A DNA stretch of 37,138 bases from Octopus sinensis (GCF_006345805.1 NW_021836882.1:1-37138), one strand, 5' to 3'; shown: positions 22,126 to 33,760, counted from the first letter of the stretch. The notes: a model not told the origin generated them from the sequence alone. Program-made: numbers and translations.

Positions 22126-22383
22126 CACAGGTTTTCAAACAGGGTCCACATGACCCTTGGCCGTCATATGACAATTTGTTATTAAAACTTTATCTCCAAT
22201 AAACTGGTTATATTTCTACAGGACACAAAAATATTGAAACTTTTTGGATAAAGTTCCTAATAATATTTAATCATAAAAACATAATAGGAGATTTTAGACA
22301 CCGAATAGGTATGAGGGTCCCCTACTCTTGAGTAAAATAGGGACCAAAGGAGTCCGTACGCAAAGAATGATTGAAAACCATTG
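22126..22383. mobile_element. hAT-type MITE
   Basis: Imperfect TIRs CACAGGTTTTCAAAC and GATTGAAAACCATTG; degenerate 8-bp TSD TTTCACAG / TTATACAG. Confidence 0.55.
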
Positions 22384-22858
22384 TTATACAGTAACGCAAT
22401 ATATTCTGCTACATTTCACATCTTTGGTGATCTGTAATGAAACGACTTCAATTATGTATCATCCAAGATTCAGCTCAGACTCCTTCTCTTCTCAACTCAT
22501 GCGCTGAAAACTTACCCTGTCCACTATTCTCGGGTATTGGTCACACGAGAGCAACTCTAGTCGATATGCCTTTCTTTAGCATCCCTTTTTGGATTTCTAA
22601 GAAAAGTTCCACGTTTGATATTTCAACCTCTGTTTTGTAATTGTTGGCTTCTTTCAAAACAGAAATAGTTTTCGTCCGTTGTTCTCTATTAGATATGTTG
22701 TAGTCCTACTGTGGGTATTTTATAGTAGTTTTCTAGTTGCATAAGAACCCTTCTTTCTTTTATTACTAGTTTATATAATCATTCGATGTAAGATTGCTTG
22801 CGGTCTACTCTAAAAGCAAAAAATGTCCTTCCTTCTCTTGTTTCTAATCTTACTAGTT

Positions 22859-23750
22859 CATCATCATCATCATCATAATCATCATCTTCTTCTTCTTCTT
22901 CTTCTTCTTCTTCTTCTTCTTCTTCTTCTTCTTCTTCTTCTTCTTCTTCTTCTTCTTCTTCTTCTTCTTCTTCTTCTTCTTCTTCTCTTCTCCTTCTTCT
23001 TCTTCTTCTTCTCCTCTTTCTTCTTCTCCTTCTTCTTCTTCTTCTTCTTCTTCTTCTCCTCCTCCTCCTCTTCTTCTCCTTTTCTTCTTCTTCTTCTTCT
23101 TCTTCTTCTTCTTCTTCTTCTTCTTCTTCTCCTCTCCTCTCTTTCTTCTTCTCCTTCTCCTTCTTCTCCTCCCCTTCTTCTTCTTCTTCTTCTTCTTCTT
23201 CTTCTCCTCCTCCCCTTCTTCTTCTCTTCTTCTTCTCCTCCTCCCCTTCTTCTTCTTCTTCTTCTTCTCTTCTTCTTCTTCTCCCCCCCCCTTCTTCTTC
23301 TTCTCTTCTTCTTCTCCTCCTCCTTATTCTCCTTCTCCTTATTCTTCTTCTTCTTCTTCTTCTTCTTTCATCTCCCCCTTTTCTTCTTCTTCTTCTTCTT
23401 TCTTCTTCTTCTCCTCCTCTTCTTCTTCCTCCTTCTCCTTCTTCTCTCCCCTTCTTCTCTTCTTCTTCTTCTCTTCTTCTCCTCCCCTTCTTCTTATATT
23501 TCTCTCTATTTCTTCTTCTTCTCCTCCCTCCCTCCTCCCCTTCTTCTTCTTCTTCTCTTATCCTCCTCCCCCCCCTTCTTCTTCTTCTGCTTCTTCTTCT
23601 TTTCTTCTTTCCTCCTCTCTTCTTCTTCTCCTTCCTTTTCTCCTCCCCTTCTTTTCTTCTTCTTCTTCTTCTTCTCTTCTTCTCCTCCACTTCTTCTTCT
23701 TCTTTCTTCTTCTTCTTCTTCTTCTTATTCTTCTTCTCCTTCTTCTTCTC
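22859..23750. repeat. ~890-bp (TTC)n-based polypyrimidine tract
   Basis: After a short (CAT)n start it is an almost purely T/C array; source of the 303-aa and 332-aa artefact ORFs. Confidence 0.95.
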
Positions 23751-23819
23751 TCGCGGTCGTCGTTATCATCATCATCATCATCATCTTGATGTTATTTTGG
23801 CATTTTATCACCTTGAGAT

Positions 23820-23855
23820 AGTCAGACGTGTTTCGTCTGTTACTCATCAGCGTGT
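23820..23855 (-). ncRNA. Minimal type-I hammerhead-like motif
   Basis: The reverse strand reads ACACG-CTGATGA-GT AACAG AC-GAA-ACACGT-C-TGACT. The catalytic core is fully canonical (predicted cut at 23825), but stem I has only 2 pairs next to the core. Confidence 0.55.
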
Positions 23856-24162
23856 ATGTTTTTTTTTCTAACCAAATGAAACACCATGTTAAAATTTTAT
23901 TTTAAAACAGAGGTAAGAGTTGCTTTACTTTTTGTTTTCCCCATTGGGTTAAAGAATTTTCTAATTTTCGAAGAAAATATTTTATCTTCTCTCACTAGTA
24001 AACAAACAAAAAAGTTACGTAATAAAATCATCTCCGTAACTTCCCCCAAAAAATATCGAATGTAAAAAAAAAAGATACGTTTTTGCAGAAAATAAACAGA
24101 AAAAGAAAACAAACTCGATTACTCAGCAGAATAAATTTATTTCACAAGTAACGAATAACGAC

Positions 24163-24527
24163 CTTCTGACAATCAACAAAAGGCTGGCCAGGCAGCAAAA
24201 ACCCTGCGAGAATCAAGTCTGTTGGTTCGAGGAGCACAACTATTCAACTCCATTCCGGTACATGTCAGAAATCTATCAGGATGCAGTGTGGAATCATTCA
24301 AATTGCAGCTGGATAGATACTTAAGCACCATTAGAGATGAACCCCATCTCCCAGGATATACACAACGAGCACAAACTGACTCAAACTCGCTCCTACACAT
24401 GTCAAAATTAAACAGAGAATACAACCTGGCAACCACACCAGACTCTGAGGGTGGAGTCTTCGACTTGGCCTGAGCATGGACTCAAACTCAAATGAAATGA
24501 AATGAAAATTTGAACAATTTCAATGAC
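24163..24527 (+). mobile_element. 5'-truncated CR1/Jockey-group LINE with 12-bp TSD
   Basis: ORF2 end RGAQLFNSIPVHVRNLSGCSVESFKLQLDRYLSTIRDEPHLPGY...DLA*; (ATGAA)n tail; TSD ACGAATAACGAC at 24151-24162 and 24528-24539. Confidence 0.85.
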
Positions 24528-24559
24528 ACGAATAACGACTACAACAGCATTAGCAGCAT

Positions 24560-24886
24560 TTTTTTTGGAAGCACTCCGTCGGTTACGACGATGAGGGTTC
24601 CGGTTGATCCGAATCAACGGAACAGCCTGCTCGTGAAATTAACGTGTAAGTGGCTGAGCACTCCACAGACACGTGCACCCTTAACGTAGTTCTCGGGGAT
24701 ATTCAGCGTGACACAGAGAGTGACAAGGCCGGCCCCTTGAAATACAGGTACAACAGAAACAGGAAGTAAGAGTGAGAGAAAGTTGTGGTGAAAGAGTACA
24801 GCAGGGATCACCACCATCCCCTGTCGGGGCCTCGTGGAGCTTTTAGGTGTTTTCGCTCAATAAACACTCACAACGCCTGGTCTGGG
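24560..24886 (-). mobile_element. 5'-truncated SINE family A with 11-bp TSD
   Basis: Reverse complement of family A lacking most of the head; short A tail; TSD ATTAGCAGCAT at 24549-24559 and 24887-24897. Confidence 0.88.
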
Positions 24887-24991
24887 ATTAGCAGCATCAA
24901 CGCTCACAATGAAGCATTTTGCCAAACAGAGGAATGGAAAGAGAATTCAGATCACTTGATGGCGCTACCATTTCTAGCCTTCCTTCTTTAG

Positions 24992-25069
24992 GTGGAGTTT
25001 TTCTCAAATAGATGGGACCTAGATATGAACTACCGGGCGCAAGTGCCAGATAATATATATCTGACTAGA
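24992..25069 (+). CDS. Candidate coding exon, copy 2 of the duplicated 78-nt exon
   Basis: CCTTCTTTAG|VEFFSNRWDLDMNYRAQVPDNIYLTR|GTAAGT. Confidence 0.7.
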
Positions 25070-25205
25070 GTAAGTGCATCCGTCCCTTAGTCCCTTAACA
25101 AACAGCGAGAAAATAACCCGTTAGCATCCCAACAACAATTTGCTGCTGCTGCTACCACCACCACCACTCCTCCTCCTCCTCCTCCTCCTCCTCCTCCTCC
25201 TCCTC

Positions 25206-25242
<37 letters not shown>

Positions 25243-25262
25243 CGCTTCTGCTGCTGCTCTCT

Positions 25263-25643
25263 CTACTTGTTTCAATCATGTGACTGTGGCCATGCTGGTG
25301 CACCACCTTTAGTCGAGCAAATCGACCTCAGGACTTTGTAAGCCTAGTACTTATTCTATCGGTCTCTTTTGCCAAACCGCTAAGTCACGGGGACGTAAAC
25401 ACACCAACATCGGTTGTAAGCGATGTTGGGGAGACAAACACACACGCAGAAACATATAGACACACACATACATATGCATATATATATACATATATACGAC
25501 TGGCTTCTTTCAGTTTCCGTCTACCAAATTCACTCACAAGGCTTTGGTCGGCCAGAGGCTATAGTGGAAGACGCTTGCCCAAGGTGCCACGCAGTGGGAC
25601 TGGACCCGGAACCATGTGGTACTTACCAAACAGCCACTCTTGC
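25263..25643 (-). mobile_element. SINE family C
   Basis: Reverse complement of family C. Confidence 0.82.
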
Positions 25644-25949
25644 TGTTTCGATTAAAAAAAAATCATATCAGTCCCTCAAATGCCACCATTCATCTGTTAC
25701 GAGTCTAATGGATCTTTTCTGTTTGGCCGCCACTTTTCAATTTCTCTAAGATTGCGTTCCAACTGATTTCACATTTGGTGTATTGATGTAGTTTTGTAAA
25801 GTAATCATTGACATGAAAGTCCTTTTCGACATAAATCAATAAATAAAGGGTTAATAGCTTTTAAAGTTTGCAAATTTTGGGTAATTTTAGCCAGACATGT
25901 CGGTGCCTGTTTCCATAGTAACAAACAAAGCTGTTACCAAGATGCTTAC

Positions 25950-25978
25950 CACGTGTTCTTTTTGTCGCTTATTAAATG
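25950..25978 (-). CDS. Possible short exon of the - strand gene
   Basis: GTTTTAAG|CA-FNKRQKEHV|GTAAGC ends in phase 0, compatible with 19701-19735. An alternative acceptor at 26016 gives a different frame. Confidence 0.25.
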
Positions 25979-26065
25979 CTTAAAACATATTCGGTATGAG
26001 GTTATCATGAGATGTGCTAAAAATAACAGCTAAAGAGACCTTAAATCACGCACCCAAAAATTTTT

Positions 26066-26209
26066 ATTTACATTATTTACATTTGACGGATATTTGTCCT
26101 TATCTTGTTTGTTGGTAACACAGCGTTTCGGCTGATATACCCTCCAGCTTTCATCAGAGGTCTTGGGGAAATTTCGAACCTGGGTTCTCATTCCTAAAGT
26201 ATTTTTCGA

Positions 26210-26212
<3 letters not shown>
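26066..26212 (-). mobile_element. Family E hammerhead-containing repeat
   Basis: Hammerhead at 26117-26162: GACCT-CTGATGA-A-AGCTG..CAGCC-GAA-ACGC-T-GTGTT (mutated); adjacent to a (TAA)n tract. Confidence 0.72.
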
Positions 26213-26243
<31 letters not shown>

Positions 26244-26824
26244 GAGTGAACGAGCAGAGCATGCCATCAAAGTGACACTGGGGTAAAATATACAAAGCCC
26301 AGTATACCCATCATGACTACCCGTCTGATAAGGGTACACCAGGCACATGCATCACAACCATATGTGCGCGACATGGTGATCTCATATCAAGATAAACAGC
26401 ACATGACCTTGCAGGTGGAGCCCAGTTAGAATTTTCTTCTGGTTGAGTAACCCATCCCGCTCAAAAGGTTCCTGAATAAGGGTTGTTTAAGGACGTTGAA
26501 CGAAACACCCATGTTTCCAGAGGTGAATTATTCAAACCCCAAAGAATCCTTCTCAACACATGGCTATGATGCTCAACTCTTCACAAAGGTAAACAGTCAA
26601 GGTGAAGAGCACGATTCGATTGTAGGATATTTTATTGGTTGAACGATATTTCAACAGTACATCTATCTTTGTCAAGTTAAAAATAAGAAGTGATAAAAAT
26701 TCAAAATTACAGAAATTTAAACGTAAAGTATGAACGAGAGCAACCAGTGTCCACACGTTGATGGAATGACATCATCAGTTTTTAAGTTACAATTTTATAA
26801 CAGGCGAAAAGAAAAAGACAGAAA

Positions 26825-26902
<78 letters not shown>

Positions 26903-26953
26903 AGTCACTGCCTGGAATCGAACTGAAAAATTTTTTGTGTGTTTTTTTCACAG

Positions 26954-27031
26954 TCGTATGAATTTCCGTGTGTAGAATACAAACACGCAGACATTTTCAG
27001 AAAATTCCAAAAAATAAAAAAAAAGTTATGA
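26954..27031 (+). CDS. Candidate terminal exon downstream of the duplicated exons
   Basis: TTTTGTGTGTTTTTTTCACAG|SYEFPCVEYKHADIFRKFQKIKKKL*; phase 0, compatible with either 78-nt exon. The stop follows A-runs that are prone to sequencing error. Confidence 0.4.
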   Translation, partial: SYEFPCVEYKHADIFRKFQKIKKKL

Positions 27032-27513
27032 GGGGTCACGTGGCGTGTGTAAAGCAGAATCCTGTAAATATTTCATTTGTTCACACAGTTGACATGCGCA
27101 GACACGCACAAAATGGCAGCTTCCAAATCTTGTTTTCTGACTGGTTAATAATTATCATACTTTAAAATCCCTGTAACTTTTTTTAGAAATGTTTCTGTGG
27201 AAAAAGTCAATTATCTCCTGAGATTCAGCGTGGAAAATTACATCAATACATCAAATTTTAAAATTTCCACCGGCGCAACCAACCAGAAAAGATCCGAGCG
27301 ATGTATATGGTGTAGAAGCTCCCCGATTTTTGGGGAATGGTGATGATGGTAGGCAAATGATACTCCCCTGTTTGACAACACAATCTGGCCCCTGTACCTT
27401 TAACGGAATTCGCTCTATGGAAAGTATTCAGTCTAAGCCTCCCGTAGGGAATTACCATGATCTTTTAAAGCATCGTCACTCTCTTAATTGATTAAAAACA
27501 ACCAAAAATACAG

Positions 27514-27692
27514 AATTCAATATTGAGACATTATCTATATTATATAGAAAAAATTAAATATACTATAATAAATATTATTTAAAAAATCACTAAATTAAAT
27601 AAACATTAAATTTAATTTATTGATTTTTTGAATAATTTATTATAGTAAATTTTTTCTATATAATATAGATAATGTCTTTCACTATTGAATTA
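27514..27692. repeat. AT-rich foldback palindrome
   Basis: AATTCAATATTGAGACATTATCTATATTATATAGAAAAAA and TTTTTTCTATATAATATAGATAATGTCTTTCACTATTGAATT. Confidence 0.8.
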
Positions 27693-27833
27693 CTTAATAG
27701 GGGTTATTCCTCTTAATTATTTACATATATTATATATTGTGAAATTTGATTTAGAATTGCTAAATTGAATTTTCCATTTAAGTTTGGAATTATATTCCCT
27801 ACTAGTTTATATATATACACATACACACACTCT

Positions 27834-27868
<35 letters not shown>

Positions 27869-28519
27869 TATAATCTCACTCCTCTATGAAGCTATCGTCC
27901 TCGGTGACTTCAACATTCACAACTTCTCGTGGCTCTTTCGCTTATCCCATATCGGTGCTGCATGTGTAGATACAAACTTTTACAATCATCAGCTCCCTTC
28001 ATTAGCTCGTTTCATCCCTCTATTCATCTCAGGTCGACATCCTAGACACCCAATGCATCCATGATTTCTTTTCACCTCTTTACCTAATCAATATGAAATA
28101 AAGTGTTTTGCTTAAAACACAACACACACACGGCCGGGAATCGAACTCGCTACCTTTATTTCACATTGCTCCACTTCACTTAGTTGTAGAAATGAGTTGA
28201 GACGTCACTGGTGCCAAGCTGTATCGGCCTTTACCTTTCCCTTGGATAACATCAGTGGGATGGAGACGGGAGGCTGATATGCATGGGCGATAGCTGATTT
28301 TCCTTAAACTACTTTATCCAGACTTGTACCTTGGAGGGTAACTTTTTAGGTGCAACCCCATGGTCACTCATGACCGAAGAGGGTCTTTACCCTTTACCTT
28401 GTACCTAATCAGTACCAAACTGTCTCCGCACCTATCGATCATCCGTCCACTACCTCATTGCAACTACCCAACACATCCTCAAGCTCCACAACACCTTCTG
28501 TGTTCTCCGTACCCTATGG

Positions 28520-28704
28520 CAGTTCTCCGTAACTGGTATGCCGCAGCACACTGGTATGCTACGAGACGATGCTAGGTGTGCCGCAGTGTAACCCGAATAT
28601 AATTTTTCCCCCTATGCTTTTAGTTATATTTTTACTTCAGGTGTGCCGCCGAATTTTGAATAGAATATAAGTGTACCACAAGTGAAAAAGGTTGTGGAGC
28701 ACTG
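28520..28704. mobile_element. hAT-type MITE with perfect 8-bp TSD
   Basis: Begins CAG and ends CTG; TSD CCCTATGG at 28512-28519 and 28705-28712. Confidence 0.85.
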
Positions 28705-29139
28705 CCCTATGGCACTCCTATTTATGCCTTCGGCCCTTGTCAGCTCATGCACTTTACTGCAAACTCATCAGAAATAGTTGGGCGGACGACTGAAACTACG
28801 TCCGTATCTCCCGCGCAACAAAAGTTCAAAGACTCAAGACTCTCAAATGACCGACTCCTAATTGTGCTGAAGTAGTTCAGGCTCAATGAACGCCTACAAC
28901 GTTTGGTGAAACTCATCCACCCACAAAACTGAGTAACCCTTTTTCCCAGCAACGCGGCATTTGAATTCGTGTATCGTATAGCGGTCAAACTACCCGGACT
29001 TCGAAACTGCCAAAATGTCCTTCACCAACTTTGTGGGATCCTCTTTACTCTGTTTGGCGACAGCGATGGTTCTGTGAGCACTGCTCTTGCAGAGAAAGAC
29101 TCCACCTTAATTGTCCCTTTTTCATCTAACCTCACATTG

Positions 29140-29153
29140 CACACACACACACC

Positions 29154-29186
<33 letters not shown>

Positions 29187-29786
29187 AACACACACACACA
29201 AACACACACACACAACACACACAAACACACACCACAACACACACAAACACACACAACACACGCACACACACGCACACACACGCACACACACACCACACAC
29301 ACACAAACACACATACAAACACACACAAACACACACACCAAACACACACACACACACAAACACAAACACACACACACAAACACAAACACAAACACACACG
29401 CGCAACAAAACACACACACACACACAAACACACAACACATACACAAACACACACAAACACACACACACAAACACACACACACAAACACACAAAAACAACA
29501 CACAAAACACACAAACACACGCACACACACGCACACACCACCACACACACACAAAACACACATACAAACACACACAAACACACACACACACACACACACA
29601 CACAAAACACAACACACCACACACAAACACACACACACAACACACACAAACACACACAAACACACAAACACACGCACACACACGCACACACACACAACAC
29701 CACACACCACACAAACAACACACACCACACAAACACACACACACAAACACAAACACAAACACACACGCACACAAAAACACACGCAC

Positions 29787-29817
<31 letters not shown>
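29140..29817. repeat. ~680-bp degenerate (CA)n/(CACAAA)n tract
   Basis: Source of the 376-aa and overlapping artefact ORFs. Confidence 0.95.
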
Positions 29818-29819
<2 letters not shown>

Positions 29820-30166
29820 AATCTCCTTTAACTCTATCCAACTTCTGGCATATATTCTTGTACTAGTTCCAACTTCTGCTCTCATTCCGTCGTCAGAACT
29901 CATGCTTATGCTGAACGCCTTTTCGTTTATCTACTTTTTTTTTTTAATTCAAGGAACTTTCTCAAATGCATTACATTGCTTCTGTTGGTCACTGGACGAG
30001 AAGAATCGTTTTGAAAAACAAACAAACAAACAGAAAACAAAAAAAAAAAAACGTGCATTTTTATTAGGAGTATTTTTTTCCCAGTCTAACAAAGAATAAA
30101 AGAATGTGTAAATGTGTACGAATTTTTTGTTCTTTGTGTCTTTGAGCAAGTAAGTACATGATCAAT

Positions 30167-30553
30167 GGAGGCGCAATGGCCCAGTAGTTAGGGCAGCGGA
30201 CTCGCGGTCATAGGATCGCGGTTTCGATTCCCAGACCGGGCGTTGTGAGTGTTATTGAGCGAAAAAACCTAAAAGCTCCACGAGGCTCCGGCAGGGGATG
30301 GTGGTGATCCCTGCTGTACTCTTTCACCACAACTTTCTCTCACTTTACTTCCTGTTTCTGTTTGTACCTGTATTTCAAAGGGCCGGCCTTGTCACTCTCT
30401 GTGTCACGCTGAATATCCCCGAGAACTATGTTAAGGGTACACGTGTCTGTGGAGTGCTCAGCCACTTACACGTTAATTTCACGAGCAGGCTGTTCCGTTG
30501 ATTCGGATCAACCGGAACCCTCATCGTCGTAACCAACGGAGTGCTTCCATCCC
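30167..30553 (+). mobile_element. Full-length SINE family A with 11-bp TSD
   Basis: TSD ACATGATCAAT at 30156-30166 and 30554-30564. Confidence 0.92.
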
Positions 30554-30659
30554 ACATGATCAATATACTGTAGTTCTGTTTAATCTTGCTTAATTTTAGG
30601 GTAGATATTTTCTAGGATTTTTTCTAATTCTGCTTAATTTGTCCGTCACTGGCTACGCA

Positions 30660-30935
30660 ATAAAGTTTGTTTATTGATTGACATGAACATACCCTGTGAC
30701 CGAAATATCTCGGCAAAAGAATTTAATAAAATATAAAGTTTTGCTAATCGAAATCGAAAGATGTGGCATCTCTAGATGGTTACAATACCAGTGATTGTAG
30801 GAGCACTTGGAATGATAAAAAGGAACTGAAAATTATTTAGGAATGATCCCTGGCTTACCATCCATGCAGTAAGTGCAAACGATTGTCTTAAGTGGTACGA
30901 CACACGTATTGAGAACAGCCTTGTCGCAGTGACTT
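30660..30935 (+). mobile_element. 3' fragment of a second REL-type non-LTR retrotransposon
   Basis: KVCLLIDMNIPCDRNISAKEF / TIPVIVGALGMIK / MIPGLPSMQ*VQTIVLSGTTHVLRTALSQ*, with frameshifts and stops. Confidence 0.8.
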
Positions 30936-31077
30936 TTCTTTCACCCCCCCCCTTTATTTTATTTATTTACTTTTCTATTTTTAAGTTTTTCATTTTTCTC
31001 TCTCGGCAAGAAATGGAAACAGAACTGAAGGAAGATGCTGATGAAAATAATAATAATAATAATAATAATAATAATTA

Positions 31078-31112
<35 letters not shown>

Positions 31113-31117
31113 TCTGA

Positions 31118-31745
31118 TATTAAATCACACGACAAACAGTTAGTATGGGAATTGCAATTTTCTATGAAATATCACACAGTAAACCATAGTATTGTATGAA
31201 ATAAAATATATGGCAGGATATCACACGACAAGCTGTATCTAACAAGTTACAATATATATATTTATATACATAGCGGGATATCACAAGGCAAACTGATACA
31301 TAAACAGTTACAGTGGAATATCACGTAGCAAACTGTATTTATAAGCTGTAACGTATTATAATAGGATATCATATGGAAAGTTGTATTTATAAACAATTAC
31401 ATATAGTGGGATATCACACGGTAAGCTGATTTATAAAACTACACTACATAGCAGGATATCACACAACAGGCTGTATTTATAAACAATAATATATTTTGGA
31501 GGGTAATACACGGCAAGATGTAATGGTAAACAATAACATATTAAGGGATATCACACGGTAAGCAGTATTTATAAAAAAAAATATATAAGGGATATCACAC
31601 GGCAAGCTTTATAAATGATAATATATAGCGGGATAGCACGCTGCAAGCTGTATTCATGAAGTATACTATATTACAGAATATCACACAGCAAAGTGTATAT
31701 ATGAACTATATTATATAGTAGGATATCACACGGCAAGCTGTATTT
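31118..31745. repeat. Degenerate ~45-bp minisatellite, about 14 units
   Basis: Conserved core GGATATCACACGGCAAGCTGTAT followed by a more variable AT-rich part. Confidence 0.88.
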
Positions 31746-31747
31746 AC

Positions 31748-31799
31748 CTTTTCCAGAAGAATAGTACAATTAGCACATAATACACACGTAAAAACCAAA
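31748..31799 (-). CDS. Candidate 52-nt exon (possibly a transmembrane segment)
   Basis: TATTTTATCTGTTTTCAG|...AAAG|GTAAAT; open frames are WFLRVYYVLIVLFFWK (hydrophobic) and LVFTCVLCANCTILLEK. Confidence 0.4.
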
Positions 31800-31831
31800 C
31801 TGAAAACAGATAAAATATAATGTAATATATA

Positions 31832-32721
31832 CAGGGTGCAATGGGTAAACTGTTGCCATTTTATATTTTTAATTTCGCGCATGCACATTGTTTGTCTTTT
31901 AATTTGTCGTCTACACAGTATAGTAGGGTCAGTTGGGCACCGTTTGTGAGTAAAACAGCACCATGACGCAATTCACTCTGCCAGGAATTTGGAAACGACA
32001 TGCTGTACTGCTTGGCATTCGCGCCGAAAGCTCCAACACGAACATTTCAGAGTGTTTGGGTGTCAGGTTGAGGACACTGCAATCTGAGGACATGTATCGA
32101 GAGTGATAAAAATCAAACATCCAGTCAACATCATGGTATTTGGAGTGATCACTGGTGATGGCGACGTTATGCCTACATTCATATTCCCACACGACTTCAT
32201 AATTAAAACGGAGGCCTATATCAAGTGCCTGAATGAGGTAGTGCTGCCCTGAGTCAAGAGGGTGGCTGCTGGAAGACACTATGTCTGGCAACAGAACTCT
32301 GCACCATGCCACAAAAGCAGGAGAACCCTGTCGTGGCTGTCAGACAATTTCTGCAACCACATCACCCCTAACATCTGGCTACCTAACTCCTCAGATTGCA
32401 ACCCACTTGGTTATTATATGTGGGGCGCAGTTCAGCGAGAGACCCAAAAAAGTTCTTGTAAAACCAAAGATGAACTGAAGAGAAGGATTATGGTAGCATT
32501 TACCAACTTAGCAAGGAGACCGTCCAGAAGAGTTGCAGGAGATTCCGAAGTCGTCTGGAGATCGTGGTTGAAGACAATGGCGATTTTACTCAATGAAATT
32601 ACTCTTTAGTATTTCAAGATATTTTTATGTAATTTTGGTAAATATATCTGTTAAAATGAGACGTCAGTGTTATTTTCATGTTTGCGTAATTTAGACGACA
32701 GTTTATTTACCGCATCCCGTG
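31832..32721 (+). mobile_element. Internally deleted DD37D (maT-type) Tc1/mariner element
   Basis: N-terminus MTQFTLPGIWKRHAVLLGIRA at 31963 is fused to the catalytic region KHPVNIMVFGV...WQQNSAPCH...NSSDCNPLGY. There are 37 residues between the second and third catalytic positions, both mutated (D to N, D to G). Termini are diverged, with a TA at the left end. Confidence 0.88.
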
Positions 32722-32727
32722 TGAGTG

Positions 32728-32758
<31 letters not shown>

Positions 32759-32813
32759 TCATATGTATATATGTATAATGATATAAATATATGCATAAAT
32801 GGCTGTGCATAGA

Positions 32814-32851
<38 letters not shown>

Positions 32852-33354
32852 CATGTATATATCCTTATTTACATGTTTGATTCACAAGAGAGAACAGTGA
32901 TATATTTCAGATATCACATAACATATAGCGATATTATTTATATACTATCATATTACACAGTCTATTTCTGAACATATATGTAACAGAGTTCTATTGTCAT
33001 TTTTCAGGATTTTCAGTTCAAGTCCGACAAAGGACGAGTTCATCATACCTACCTAATGAGAAGCAGTAATATCCCCGGGTTGATTTGAATATTTACACTA
33101 ATTCCTTGAATAGATTTTACTTTAAAAAGTTCCCATAACAAAAAAAAAGAAAGAAAGAAAAAATTGTATTTTTTTCGGGTAAAACCACACATTATTGGGA
33201 GATCCAAATAATATGATTTTAATCAGATTGATAACAATAACGAAATACAATTATACCGATAGATAATTGATATTATGGAGATATTAAATACCATAGTAAA
33301 AAGGTAGTAAATAAAGCGTGATACTATAATGAAATACCACACGCCATAATGTTG

Positions 33355-33498
33355 ATTTCAAATTTTGGCACAAGGCCAGCAATTTTTGCGAAAGTGAGTA
33401 AGTAGATTTGAACTCAGAACTTAAAGACGGACGAAATGCCGCTTAGCATTTTGTCCGGCGTGGTAACGATTCTGCCAGCTCGACTCCTTACCACCACC

Positions 33499-33534
<36 letters not shown>

Positions 33535-33760
33535 CCTTACTACTATAGGTACAAGGCTTGAAATTTGGGGGAGGGAATAATCGATTACGTCGACCCCAGT
33601 TTTTCATTGGTACTTAATTTATCGACCCCGAAATTCATAGCGGTATTTCGCCCGTCGCAACATTCTGAGCTCAAATTCCGCCTTTCATCCTTTCGGGGAT
33701 GTAATCGACTAGTCTCCTCGCCCAAAATTTCGGGCCTTGTGCCTTTAGTAGAAAGGATAT
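33355..33760. mobile_element. Fragmented SINE family B-like pieces in both orientations
   Basis: GAACTCAGAAC..GACGAAATGCCGCTTAGC and GAGCTCAAATTCCGCCTTTCATCCTTTCGGGG. Confidence 0.55.

Larger units (their letters stand above)
27884..29935 (+). mobile_element. Highly decayed CR1/L2-group LINE ORF2, interrupted by younger insertions
   Basis: APE motif IVLGDFNIHNFSWL at about 27895, and remnants PNCAEVVQAQ and SDGSVSTALAEKDSTLIVPFSSNLTL. It is interrupted by a SINE-like piece (28080-28400), a hAT MITE and a CA tract. Confidence 0.65.

Noticed and set aside
22516-22710. Perfect - strand donor CAGG|GTAAGT at 22515
   Set aside because: Stops in all frames after the best upstream acceptor; may be non-coding or cryptic.
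22779-23821. 303-aa and 332-aa ORFs
   Set aside because: Translations of the TTC tract on both strands; no stop codons simply because of base composition.
29880-29900. CTGACGA on - followed by GAAG
   Set aside because: No stem II, no GAAA and no NUH triplet; chance match. The same applies to the CTGATGA hits near 3638, 26765, 27985 and 28770.
28969-30099. 376-aa ORF and five overlapping His/Thr or Cys/Val ORFs
   Set aside because: Read-through of a CA tract; only the N-terminal piece is a LINE remnant.
31118-31745. CRISPR-like repeat-spacer appearance
   Set aside because: Eukaryotic context, degenerate repeats, mutually related AT-rich spacers, no cas genes.
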